Positions 1 to 10,310 of a stretch of DNA of 52,724 nucleotides are shown piece after piece. Position numbers and translations under genes: made by a program. Source of the DNA: Gracilinanus agilis (lineage: Eukaryota). The stretch covers positions 86,859,272 to 86,911,995 of the forward strand of contig NC_058132.1 of assembly GCF_016433145.1 (NCBI RefSeq), given 5' to 3'. A model generated the notes under the pieces. It saw only the letters and a program-made list of their open reading frames with translations. It had not been told where the DNA came from and did not search any database. Position 1 is the stretch's first letter, and the number at the start of each line of letters is the position of its first letter.

Positions 1-1734
1 CTTACAGAATTTGTTTTTAGAGGTCATTATAATGAAAATTCTTAACAAAGCTTAATAAAGTGATAAAGCTGTGAAGCTATATTTTGACTAGTATTTTGAC
101 CAGAGTGGTTCTTTGAGTGACTGAATGGCTAGAAGAAAAGACAGATCCAAGAAGTAAATGAATTAAGCTCTACTAAACCCCTTCCACCTCCTCATTAAAC
201 TTGCTGCAAACCTGGGACTCTTTTCTCCATGAGATTCTTAGCAGGGGCTCTTCTATCTGAGATTCTTCCTAGCTTCCCTGTTACTTGCAGTGGTAAAGCA
301 GCTGCGATGATGCTCTCTTATTGTTGGTTTGTGGTCCAGTTCTTTTATTTACTTACTCCTTTTCTCAGGAGCAGAAAGCAAAAACAGTTTGTACAGCTGA
401 GGAATGAAGCCTGAGAGACAGAGTCCCATGAGCATTCTTATATTCCAATGCCTAGGGCAGGGATGGAGAATCAGAGAATCCCTCAAATCCCAAGAGGTGA
501 AATTGGAACAATTAGAGTCTTCCCGAGGCATCCTCTTGAAGATGCTAGGAAAAAGGAATGTGACTCTCAAAGAAAGTAGACTTTTAAGACATTGTCCACC
601 TGAGTGCATGGCAGGAACTGTGTTTACGCATCTTCAATATATGTCAATTAATCAGGAAATATTTATTAAAAACTGCCCACATACACATCTATATATACCT
701 CGGCATACACAAGCGATAGCCTATCATTCCTGGGCTAATTCTCAGTCTTATTGGCTTTCATATTTATGCTTACAGCAAAGTGAGTCCCACCTATGCACGC
801 TTAATGGGTGCTGGATTTTCCACATAACTATACATGACTGGGCAATAGAGAAAGAGAGGAAGGTGTGCCTTGCAGGATCCAAGACCTTCCAAGCTGTTCA
901 AAGCCCTTACATTCCTCTTACATTTTCTCAATGTTACCTTGGTTTCCCCCACATATATTCTGAGAATCAAGTGTTTCTCAACAATACTCATAGAGAGACT
1001 GAGCTTCTCTAACATATATGCAGCAGGGCTCATAGTTTGTTAATATTAGAGATATGAGTTTCCTGTAGTTTAACAGTCTTAGGACATGCTCCGTGGGAAT
1101 AAAATCTATATACTTTACAATCCATTACATGAATTTACAAATCCATTGTTTTGTTAGTTTTATTATTCATGTAGATTTTCACACATAGATACACATATAA
1201 GCATTTATCTAAATCTGGATGTTTAGTTTCCTTGCTAAAGGGCACTACTGGTAATTAAATTTCCACTGCAAATGCATAGCAGTAAGTCCTTTCCAGTTTA
1301 CCGTCTGTGAGAATTATCTGAGACATTAAGGCTTTAATTAAATTGTATCTAGGTATGCCTTTCTTTGAGGTCGGCTCTCTGACCATTATGTTAAATTGAG
1401 TCTGGAGAAGTGAAATAGATAACTAAAGTTCAGCAGGACCTTGAAGGGTCTCTGCCCCATTAGAGGTACAAGATAGGTTGTACACTATGTGTGCCCCGAG
1501 TACAAACCCCATCCTAGACCAACCCAACTTCATATTCTTTTCGTAGCACACCTCAGCTTCCCTGGGGAAATATCTGCACCATCTCCAGCTCTATGTGGTT
1601 CTTACTGCCCACCTCTGCTTCAATTCAGAAAATGGGTATTTAGTTCCCATTGTATGCAAAGCACTTTGTTCAGCAACTGGAGAGATACAAAGTACCCTGA
1701 ATATCTTGCCTATATATATTTGCTCATTTTATCT

Positions 1735-1856
1735 CTCTTATTAGAATGTCAGTTCATTGAAGGCAAGGACTATGTTTTGTCTTTGTATCCCCAGTTCTTA
1801 GCACAATACCTGAGCCCTACTAAGTGCTTAATAATTGATTATTGACTTGATTTGCC
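1735..1856 (+). mobile_element. L2 LINE 3' end fragment (ancient)
   Basis: ttagaatgtcagttcattgaaggcaaggactatg...ttgtatccccag...tagcacaatacctg...aagtgcttaataa resembles the L2 3' terminus; boundaries approximate. Confidence 0.6.
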
Positions 1857-2112
1857 TCCTCTGTGGCCTGTTTGATTAAGCATTCTCTCTCTTGTCATTG
1901 CTTGAAAGATATATAATTCTCTTTTCTTTTTTCCTCTAATTATATAAATTTGTCTTCATCTCCCTAAATACTCAATTAAAGTTGTATTTATATAACTCCT
2001 GTACACATATTGGTATGTAGACTTCTGTATATTTTATACATTTTGTAGTTATTTTAAGTGATTTTTTAAAAATTTAGCTCTTCTCACTGACTTTGTTAGT
2101 AATACACAGATT

Positions 2113-3005
2113 TGTATGGATCTATTTCACATCTCAACTCTCAATTCACTCCTAAGCTAACTCTGACTTAGGGGTTAGGTGAAGGGAGGTGGGTGTGTTT
2201 GGATCTGGAATGAATCTGGCTCCTCTGTACCCCTATATTTGAGTTTATTTGGAGATCACAACTGCCAACATCATTTCAACAAGCTTCAATTTACCATTTA
2301 AGAGACTTTAACACAGCAGTACTTCATTTTGGCTGAAGACCTCGGATTCCCAGGGGGAGTGGGCTTAAAGGGGGGGGGGCTTCCCTGATCCTACTTGATT
2401 CATTTATCCCTGTTACTCCTCTTTTATATTAGGTTATTGAATAGTGATTAGAAGATTATAGGGGGTGAGGGACAAGTACTTAGATCAAGTCTTGAAAGGG
2501 ATCCAGTGCTGCCTACTTCAGGGGGAAGTTCATAGTTGTTAGTGAAGTCTATTCCATTTACCCTCATTCCTGATTTCCCATATCCTTCCCCTTCCTTGAA
2601 CCCCAAATACTTTATCTTCACAATAAATCCCTATTCAGCTATATTACATTGATTAGAGTTTGGAGTAGGGACCTTGAGGGGGGAAGTTTTTGTTGGGTGC
2701 CTGAAGGGAGGTTTTAGAACACTCGATTCCATCTTGAGGAAAAAATGTTTGGGAAGTGCTGGGGAAGATATGTCTAGATTTTGGTGGCTCTGAACATTGG
2801 ACAGAAGTCATTTAGGATTCAAACTAATCCTAACATCTTCCTCCATCATCTCCTCTACCACTCATCCAATTTGGGGAGCCCCATCCGAATTATACCCTCA
2901 AAGTCTTCCTAGTAGGGAGGTGGAGTAAGCAACTATGGCCCAGGTGTTCTAGACAAGTGGGGTCATTAGATCACACCCCCACTATCTGAAAACCCCCTTC
3001 CTACA
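2113..3005 (-). mobile_element. probable solo LTR (ERV-like)
   Basis: GC-richer block with TG...CA ends; flanks gatt/ggtt (4-bp TSD, 1 mismatch); minus-strand AATAAA at 2244-2249. Confidence 0.5.
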
Positions 3006-3049
3006 GGTTTTGTTAGCACATAACTGGGCAAAAAATTTCTAATAATGTT

Positions 3050-3880
3050 CTTATTAGTTCTTCATTTGATGTGAATTCTTTCACATTTTTGATAATGGCA
3101 AATTTTCTCATTTAAAAAAACATATTAGCTAATGATTAGTCTACATTTAAAAATAGCTACTAGATATATTAATTCAGTTTTTATTTTAACTTTTATTAAT
3201 CTCTTCCTTAATTTTCAATAAATCTATCTTTGTCTTAATTGGAGATTTATTGGTTTTCTTGGGATTTTTTAGTTGAATGATCAATTTATTGATATGTTCT
3301 TTCTCTTTTTTTTAATAGATGAAAACATTTAGAGACATATTTTCCCTTTTAGTACTGCTTTTTTTTTTGAAAACCCCAAATTTTGCCATGTTGTCATGTT
3401 GTTGTCATTATCTTTAATGAGGTTATCTACTATTTCTACTATTGTTCTTTGACCATAGGTTCTTTAAGATTAAGTTATATAGTCTCCAGTCAAAACTTTA
3501 TCCTTAATTTTTTTATTAAACTTAATTTTTATTGCATTGGGGTAGTAAATGAAGTGTCTAGTATTACTAGTTTTATGCATTTGTATGTTAAGTTTTTACA
3601 CCCTCTTTGGACAATTTTATATGATTGTCATGTGCATCTTAGAAATCTATATATTTTTTGTTCCAGTTCAATAATTGCTAGAGATTTATCATATCTAGCT
3701 TTCCTAAAGTTTTATTCAAATTCCTAAATTCTTTCTTGTTTATAGCTTTTGTTTTGATCTAACTTTGAAATCACATTGTTTTCTAACTATTACAGTTTTG
3801 TTGTTCTTGTCTACATATAACTTATTAAACTTTCGTTTAACTATTTTAGTGCTATACCATTCAGTGTATATATGCTGCTT
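3050..3880 (-). mobile_element. old L1 fragment (ORF2 endonuclease region, decayed)
   Basis: T-rich strand resembling antisense marsupial L1 ORF2 5' region (ttttagtactgcttt...ccaaattttgccatgttgtc...gctataccattcagtgtatatatg). Confidence 0.7.
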
Positions 3881-4189
3881 GGAGTGGGAGCAAGCCCCAA
3901 GAGTATCCCTTGCACTTCCACCCTGGGAGAGATGAGGACACTCAGTGTTTTTTTAAGTAAAAAATTGATTGAATTTGTAGAAGAAGTAAAAAATGAATGG
4001 CCATAGAAATTGAAGGAAGGAAAGTTTACTTAATATTTTTCAGAATCAGGAAAGGTGTTAAAGCAGAGGTGAAACCTCACCAGTTGAAAGGAGAACATAA
4101 AGAATTGGGAGACAGAAAGAGAGGCAATTCTAGACGTAGGTTACATTGTGCTTTTTATATAAAAGCAGAAGGCTGGGAGTTAACAAAGT

Positions 4190-4325
4190 TCAGTGCTATA
4201 GTAACTAGAACATGTAAGGGAAATGCCAAGAAGTAAGGGTAAAGGAGTTCGTATTTCATTTTTTAGACAGTTGGGAGGTACTGTAGGTTTTTGAGCAGAT
4301 GAGTAATGAGATTAATTATGAAAGA
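4190..4325 (-). mobile_element. L2 internal fragment
   Basis: ggagttcgtatttcatttt...gggaggtactgtaggtttttgagcag resembles antisense L2. Confidence 0.4.
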
Positions 4326-4329
4326 TGAA

Positions 4330-4740
4330 GACTTTCCAGAGAATTCCCAACAAATCATCATCCAACTTTTTACTTAAGCCGTTGATTGATTCAAATTTCA
4401 TTACATCCTGGAATAATCTGTTCCCTTTTTGGATTGCTCTAATTGCTAGGAAGATTTTACTTAGGCTTGACTACAATTTTCTGCCTCATAACTTCTGCCT
4501 GGTCAGTATTAGTTTTGTTACTGAGGAACAAGCATGATGATCCTTTTTTTCTTGAAGATAATTATTTTCCTTCCCCTCCCTTTTAGGTGTACTTTCCCCC
4601 AAGGTAAATACTGTAAGTCTCTTTGATTATCTTATGGCCTCATTATTTTGATCATTTTCCCCAAGACTTATCACTGCTTGTTAATGACTTGCTTAAAATG
4701 CAGCGTCCCACACTAAGCACAACACATCTGGGTGGATGAT
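4330..4740 (-). mobile_element. CR1/L3 LINE fragment
   Basis: gctctaattgctaggaagattttac...ttaaaatgcagcgtcccacactaagcacaacacatctg resembles antisense L3 RT C-terminus/3' end. Confidence 0.6.
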
Positions 4741-4764
4741 TTCTTTGACAAAAATGTTAGAGGC

Positions 4765-5052
4765 ATAGGCAGTCATGGTCATTATGCTAGGAATGGAATT
4801 CTGAAATTTTGGGTCTTCTACATCTGCCTTTGTATACCTACTTCATAGAGCCCTCTATTGGAACAGAAAATAAATCCCAAGAAGGCAAAGATAGAGAGAG
4901 GGGAACAGGTGAAATGGATGTCTTATTTTGCATTGATTCATCTTTTAACTTCAACTTTTTCACCTGTTCCCCTCTCTATCTCTGCCTCTGCAGATATAGA
5001 AGACCCAAAATTTCAGAATTCCATTCCTAGCATAATGACCATGACTGCCTAT
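4765..5052. repeat. long inverted repeat / foldback (MITE-like)
   Basis: 4765-4827 vs 4990-5052 are reverse complements at 62/63 nt; inner arms 4883-4914 vs 4958-4987; TA at 4766-4767 and 5050-5051 bracket 4768-5049. Confidence 0.9.
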
Positions 5053-5059
5053 ACATGTG

Positions 5060-5225
5060 CAGTTATGCAAAACCTATTTCCATATTAGTCATGTTGTGAA
5101 AGAAAACACAAATCACTCCTCAAAAAAAAACAAGAAAAATAGAGACTTTTAAAAAAAGTATTCTGTATTCTGCATTCAGACTCCATCAGTTCTTCCTGTG
5201 GCAGTGGATAGCATTTTTCATTGTA
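5060..5225 (-). mobile_element. old L1 3' UTR fragment
   Basis: acctatttccatattagtcatgttgtgaaagaa...ctgcattcagactccatcagttct resembles antisense marsupial L1 3' UTR. Confidence 0.55.
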
Positions 5226-5227
5226 AG

Positions 5228-5367
5228 AAGGACCTAGATTCTGATCCTGGCTCTGCTATTCATTTCTTCCCAGACTTCAATCTCTTCCTAGTTTCTTCAT
5301 TGGTAAAATAAGGAGATTGTGACAGATGATCATTTAGGCCTCTTCTATGTCTCAATCCTATGATTAA
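5228..5367 (+). mobile_element. MIR/CORE-SINE fragment
   Basis: ctgatcctggctctgcta...tttcttcattggtaaaataagg...gatgatcatttaggcctcttcta core and tail. Confidence 0.5.
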
Positions 5368-5384
5368 AAGCCAAGAGTTAATTT

Positions 5385-6960
5385 ATTTACTTATTTTTAA
5401 TTTTTATTTTGAATATTTTCCCATAGTTACATGTTTCATGTTCTTTCCCTCTCCTCCAAACCCCCTTAGCCGATGTATGATTCCACTGGGTTTTACATGT
5501 ATCATTGATTAAGACCTAATTCCATATTATTGATAGTTGGACTGGAGTTAGCATTTAGTGTCTACATCCCCAATAATATCCCCATCAGCCCATGTGTTCA
5601 AGCAATTGTTTTTCTTCTGTGTTTCTCCTCCCACAGTTCTTCCTCTGAATGTGACTGGTTTTCTTTCTCATAAGCCCCTCATCATTGCTCAGGATCCTTG
5701 CATTGCTGCTAGTAGAGAAGTCTGTTATGTTTGATTGTACCATTGTATCAGTGTCTGTGTATAATGTTCTCCTGGATTTGCTCCTTTCACTCTGCATCAA
5801 TTCCTAGAGGTCATTCCAGTTCACATGGAATTCCTCCAGTTCTTTATTCCTTTGAACACAATAGTATTCCATCACCAACAGATAACACAATTTGTTCAGC
5901 CATTCTCCAATCAAAGGACATTCTCTCATTTTCCAATTTTTTGTCACCACAAAGAGCATGGCTATAAATATTTTTTACAAGTCTTTTTCCTTATTATCTC
6001 TTTGGGGTATAAACCAAGAAGTGCTATGGCTGGATTAAAAGGCAGATAGTCTTTTAAAGCCCTTTGGGCATAGTTCCAAATTGCCATCCAGAATGGTTGG
6101 ATCAATTCACAATTCTGCCAGCAGTGCATTAATGTCCCAATTTTGCCACATGTGTAAATAGAAATTAGCTCTATCCCATTAATAGTCAAAAATCTACCCA
6201 ACCCAGGCGTGCTAATGATGTCACTCCCACCTCCCTTAGTGGGGAGGGGAGACGAGTTACCCACACGTGACAATAAGTAACAAATCAAGAATAAGGGACT
6301 GCCCTTTGGGCAGTCCAAATCAATGTAGAAACTGCCATTTGTCCATTTGAATTAGAGGTGGACCACAGGAAGTGATGAAAGACACTATCTCTTTAAGTAA
6401 GTTAGTGAACTTCCTGTGAAGAGAGTTGGCGTCTGGAACTGGAAGAAGAAGCATCTCCTGAGACCACAGACAGATTACACTCTGTATTGTCACGTGGGTA
6501 AGTTAGGCTGGCTTCCTTGGCCTAGTTGGCCAATTCTAAACTCTGCCTATCCGGCTGTTGGGCCTTGCGGCTTACAGCTTCATTTATTTAGACTTCTAAC
6601 CTCCCTCTTCTCTTTATCCCTACTCACCTTCCTGATTGTAAATAAACTCCTCAACCCGATTCTGACTTGGGTCTGATTTAATTACGGAATCAACCTGAAT
6701 TGTTGATTCCTGGCGGCCACATAATTTTAATATATAGCTAATAACTAAATTTTAATTCTTACACACATCCCCTCCAGCATTCATTACTCTTCCCTGCTGT
6801 CATTTTAGCCAATCTGCTATGTGTGAGGTGATACCTCAGAGTTGTTTTGGTTTGCATTTCTCTAATTATTAGAGATTTAGAACACTTTCTCATGTGTTTA
6901 TTGATAGTTTTGATTTCTTTATCTGAAAATTGCCTATTCATGTCTCTTGCCCATTTATCG
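5385..6960 (-). mobile_element. 5'-truncated L1 (3' UTR plus ORF2 C-terminus), split by an LTR
   Basis: T-rich tail at left; ORFs 5962..6318 (GKIGTLMHCW...PKEII) and 6759..6941 (MNRQFSDKEIK...CWRGC) are L1 ORF2 C-terminus; L1 text ttttgccaca|tcccctcc is interrupted at 6150/6768. Confidence 0.9.
6151..6763 (+). mobile_element. solo LTR (ERV1-like, 4-bp TSD)
   Basis: TGTGTAAATAG...TTCTTACA; exact TSD caca (6147-6150, 6764-6767); AATAAA near 6641; same family as 38420-39082. Confidence 0.9.
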
Positions 6961-7229
6961 ATTCAGGGATAAAAGCCAGGAGTTTATTAACTTATTCTTC
7001 AAAGTCTCTTTGCAGGATTAAAACATATTGGATGTCATGAATTGTATCTCTCCTACCTATCCAGGTCCTAGGAGAGAATTTCTTCTTCTATTAATGGATC
7101 TTAAATGCTCTTATAAACACCTTTTCACTATATGTATAGAATCTACAATTACCCCCAAGAGAGCAAAAATATTTTGCTCTTGATTTTGAAAGTCTTTATT
7201 TTCTGGGGATAAATATGAAGGATTATACT

Positions 7230-7440
7230 TCACAGAATTACAGAATTAGAGATCTTGAAGAGACCTTGGAAAAACAATATTCCTGATGAATAATCATCCA
7301 ACTTCAACTGGAAGTCATCCAATGATGCTCCTCTTCCCACCCCCTGTAGTCCGGGACAGTTACCAAATTTCAAACTGAGACTTCGAGGCAAGATCACTAT
7401 TTTAGAAGCCACCAGCTTCTTAAAGGCAATATAGCTTTTA
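7230..7440 (-). mobile_element. CR1/L3 3' end fragment
   Basis: cacagaattacagaattagagatcttgaagagacc...atcatccaac tail motif. Confidence 0.4.
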
Positions 7441-7719
7441 ACTGACATTTTTTCCTGTCTATTTTTTTATTTGCTGAGCATTTTTTCTGGGTAGCTTAAA
7501 AATTCATACATTTAAAAAATTACTACATTGATGTTATTCCTACCTCAGAGACACATAACTGTGATTTGATATACCTAGTGGATATAGGCAACAGAACTAT
7601 CCTATAATGAAAGGCTTGTGGGTTAGACATAATGGATTAGACTTCCTCAGAGATCCAGAGATCCAGATATCCACACTGATAGGAAAAGAGGAAGTAGAAT
7701 CAGTGGTACCCATTCATTT

Positions 7720-7860
7720 TTCATTAATTAATTCAACAAATATGTTAAGTATAAGCATAAAGTACTGTGATGGTACCTAGGAAAGATAACAACACAACAA
7801 CAACAACAAAAAGAGTTCCTGCCCACATGGAGCCTACCGTCAAGGAGGACAATAAAGTAC
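7720..7860 (-). mobile_element. L2 3' end fragment
   Basis: cattcatt...attcaacaaatatgttaag...gttcctgcccacatggagcctac. Confidence 0.55.
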
Positions 7861-8371
7861 AAAACAGTTAACTCTAATGCAAGATGCTTGAAAATCTTGA
7901 CCTTGTTTGGACTTCTCAGGTCCTATCTTTGGGCAGGATGCTCTAAAACAACACATACAAATATAAATTTTTCCGTGGTTTTTAAAAAAGCAACATCAAG
8001 TTTTTGGAATAATATATATATAATTTATAACCAGCTTTGAATCCATTCTACTGTATATCTTTTTTTCCTCTGGTGAAATGTGTCTACTACCAGATAGGTC
8101 TGGTGAATTGTAACCAGGTGAATTGATTTCTAACTGCTACGATTTTTTCAGAGATATTACCATAGCATATAGCTTTGTCTAGCTAGACTTAGGACTTTTT
8201 GTAGTCATGACAAAACCTTTTCTCACCTTCAAAAATCTCATGAACTAAGTCTTTAGGAGAAATGAAAGCATTAGACATAAGACAGGACCTTGAAGTACCT
8301 ACAGTGTAGATAGCGATTGGGGAGAGGAAAATGGGATTTTCCTTTGTATGGGTAATGGCAGGAACCAATGC

Positions 8372-8439
8372 AGCCAATGCCTTCAACTTGGAGAGCTGAC
8401 AAAACAGTTCAGAAGAAACTCAGAGACCTCAGTAGAGGA
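8372..8439 (-). pseudogene. 68-bp duplicated fragment of the adjacent OR56A N-terminal coding sequence
   Basis: 66/68 identical to 9433-9500, same orientation; reads SSTEVSEFLLNCFVSSPS*RHW (TGG->TGA). Confidence 0.9.
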
Positions 8440-8576
8440 TTTTAGTGAGAGGAGTTCTGTCACTCCCTGTTGCCATTTACAGAGCTTAGGTAAAACAGAC
8501 ATCAATCTAGATTTCCCACTTCACCTTCAAGCCCTCAGGTACTCAACTGTGAAACAAGTTTTCCATTGGATGCATC

Positions 8577-9521
8577 TCACTGCCCCTTCCTCATCAACCT
8601 CCAGATTCCTTGTTTAATTTCTTGGGTTCTTACCCCATAAACAATTGGGTTGAGAGCAGCAGGGATTACATGATGCAAGACATTGAGTAGGACAGGGACA
8701 TCATGAGAAACTTTTTTTTTGGCCATGTGAGTAAAGATGAAAACCAGGAGTATGGTGCTAAAAAAGAGAATGAGGATAAAATGGGAACCACATGTGCTCA
8801 GGGCCTTTGCAGCAGCCCCTTTAGCCTTAAGTCTCATCACAGCCCTCAGAATGAAGGTATAAGAGACAAAGATGAGAATAAGATCAGATCCAAGCAGGGT
8901 CCAGGCCACAATTAACTGGTAGATCTTATTGAGAGTAACGTTATCACAGGAGAGCTTGGACACTGACAGGTTGGCACAAATACAATTCTCAACGATGTTA
9001 TTCCCACAATAATGGAGTCGTGCAGAGAGGATAGGAATTGGAGCAGTGAAAAGAGTATTCCGCATCACAACAAAGATAGCAGCTTTGATCACAAATTGTT
9101 CAGTGATGATGGATGGGTAGCGTAGGGGGTGGCATATGGCCACGTAGCGGTCATATGCCATGACCAAGAAGGTGCAAGATTCCATGGGGAGAAAGTTGTT
9201 CATGATGAACATTTGGAGGAAGCAAGCAGAGAAGCTGATGGGTCTGAGGTCAAACCAAAAGACAAGCAGGACTTTGGGGATGACAGTCAGGCAGAGAACG
9301 ATGTCCAAAATAGAGAGGAGGCTGAGCAAGTAGTACATGGGCTCATGCAAGGATGCTTCCAGCCTAATAGTGATCAGAAGAGTGGCATTGGCACCCATGG
9401 CCAGGAGGAAGAGCAGGCTAAGGGGCGCAGAGAGCCAATGCCTCCAACTTGGAGAGCTGACAAAACAGTTCAGGAGAAACTCAGAGACCTCAGTAGAGGA
9501 AGACCCATTGGAAGGTATCAT
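8577..9521 (-). CDS. OR56A-like: class I olfactory receptor, family 56 subfamily A, 314 aa, intact
   Basis: 7TM OR motifs [46 protein letters not shown]; OR56A-type LLNCFV..PSW, CICANLSVSKLSC; N-glycosylation sequon NGS. Start set at M31 of the 344-aa ORF because a splice acceptor lies just upstream. Confidence 0.96.
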   Translation of the reverse strand: MIPSNGSSSTEVSEFLLNCFVSSPSWRHWLSAPLSLLFLLAMGANATLLITIRLEASLHEPMYYLLSLLSILDIVLCLTVIPKVLLVFWFDLRPISFSACFLQMFIMNNFLPMESCTFLVMAYDRYVAICHPLRYPSIITEQFVIKAAIFVVMRNTLFTAPIPILSARLHYCGNNIVENCICANLSVSKLSCDNVTLNKIYQLIVAWTLLGSDLILIFVSYTFILRAVMRLKAKGAAAKALSTCGSHFILILFFSTILLVFIFTHMAKKKVSHDVPVLLNVLHHVIPAALNPIVYGVRTQEIKQGIWRLMRKGQ

Positions 9522-9552
9522 AGCATTAACTCTGGTAGGGTAGAGCTTTGTC

Positions 9553-9580
9553 CTTAGAGGAAATAAAAGAAGAAAGAAAT
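9553..9580 (-). promoter_or_regulatory. 3' splice acceptor of the OR56A coding exon
   Basis: minus strand ttctttcttcttttatttcctctaag|g, AG at 9554-9553, 31 nt before the ATG. Confidence 0.7.
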
Positions 9581-10084
9581 TTAAAATTCTGATATAGGTA
9601 CTCATGATCATGAATTAAAATTTTTTATTCTCAAGACCCTCTTCTGTTGCAATGGCTAACACTTCCCACGACTGAGAAATCTTTCTGAGCCTACACATAT
9701 CCAAGATGTTAGACCAAAAGCGGCAAAAGCTCAAGCAGTTTTAGTTTAGTTTGACAGGCTGGAGAGATAAAGGCTATTAGGACCAGATGACACCAGTTCA
9801 AAAATTTTAAAGTTAGCTTGACATATAATTATTAGTGTTGTTTCCTACCATGGATAGAACTGATTCCTATGATTCCAAGTGTGTCAAAACATAAATACAT
9901 TTATAATGGAACTTCATCTATACAAATGTCCATTGTTAGATATCTATTATAAGGATTGCTTACAAGGAAGAAAACTCTATATGCAGAATAGTGGAGCTGG
10001 TGCTAATTGTCATCAAATGTAAAAAATAGTTTCCAAATTAGAAAATGAATATTCCACCATGCAGTTTATAATGAATAATGGAGT

Positions 10085-10310
10085 TATGTTGCAGAATCAG
10101 AGAGGCAGATTTAGGTTCTACATAAAGAAGACTTTTCTAACAATTGGAAAATGCTAAAAAGTAGACTGAGTTGATTTGAGAGTGGTGGAACAAGGACAAG
10201 TTCTTCATTATTGGATACTGATTATAGGGCTGATTCCTACTTAAGCAAAAATTGAACTAGATTACCTCTGAGACTTCCTCCACTTCTGCGAATCTGTGAG
10301 TCTGTAGTTC
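10085..10310 (+). mobile_element. CR1/L3 3' end
   Basis: ggcagatttagg...aagacttttctaacaattgga...gaactagattacctctgagacttcctccacttctg...tctgtg. Confidence 0.6.

Noticed and set aside
404-1012. 202-aa ORF
   Set aside because: No recognisable domain, motif or TM pattern; includes AC/AT-rich low-complexity text. Treated as chance; a BLASTP hit or transcript would overturn this.
8703-9557. Plus-strand ORFs opposite OR genes (also 24997-25775, 35190-35384, 45382-45609)
   Set aside because: Antisense shadows of OR coding sequence; no independent coding signal.
9522-9611. 30-aa N-terminal extension of the 344-aa OR ORF
   Set aside because: Most of it lies upstream of a strong polypyrimidine/AG acceptor at 9554-9553; the paralogue starts at the equivalent of M31.
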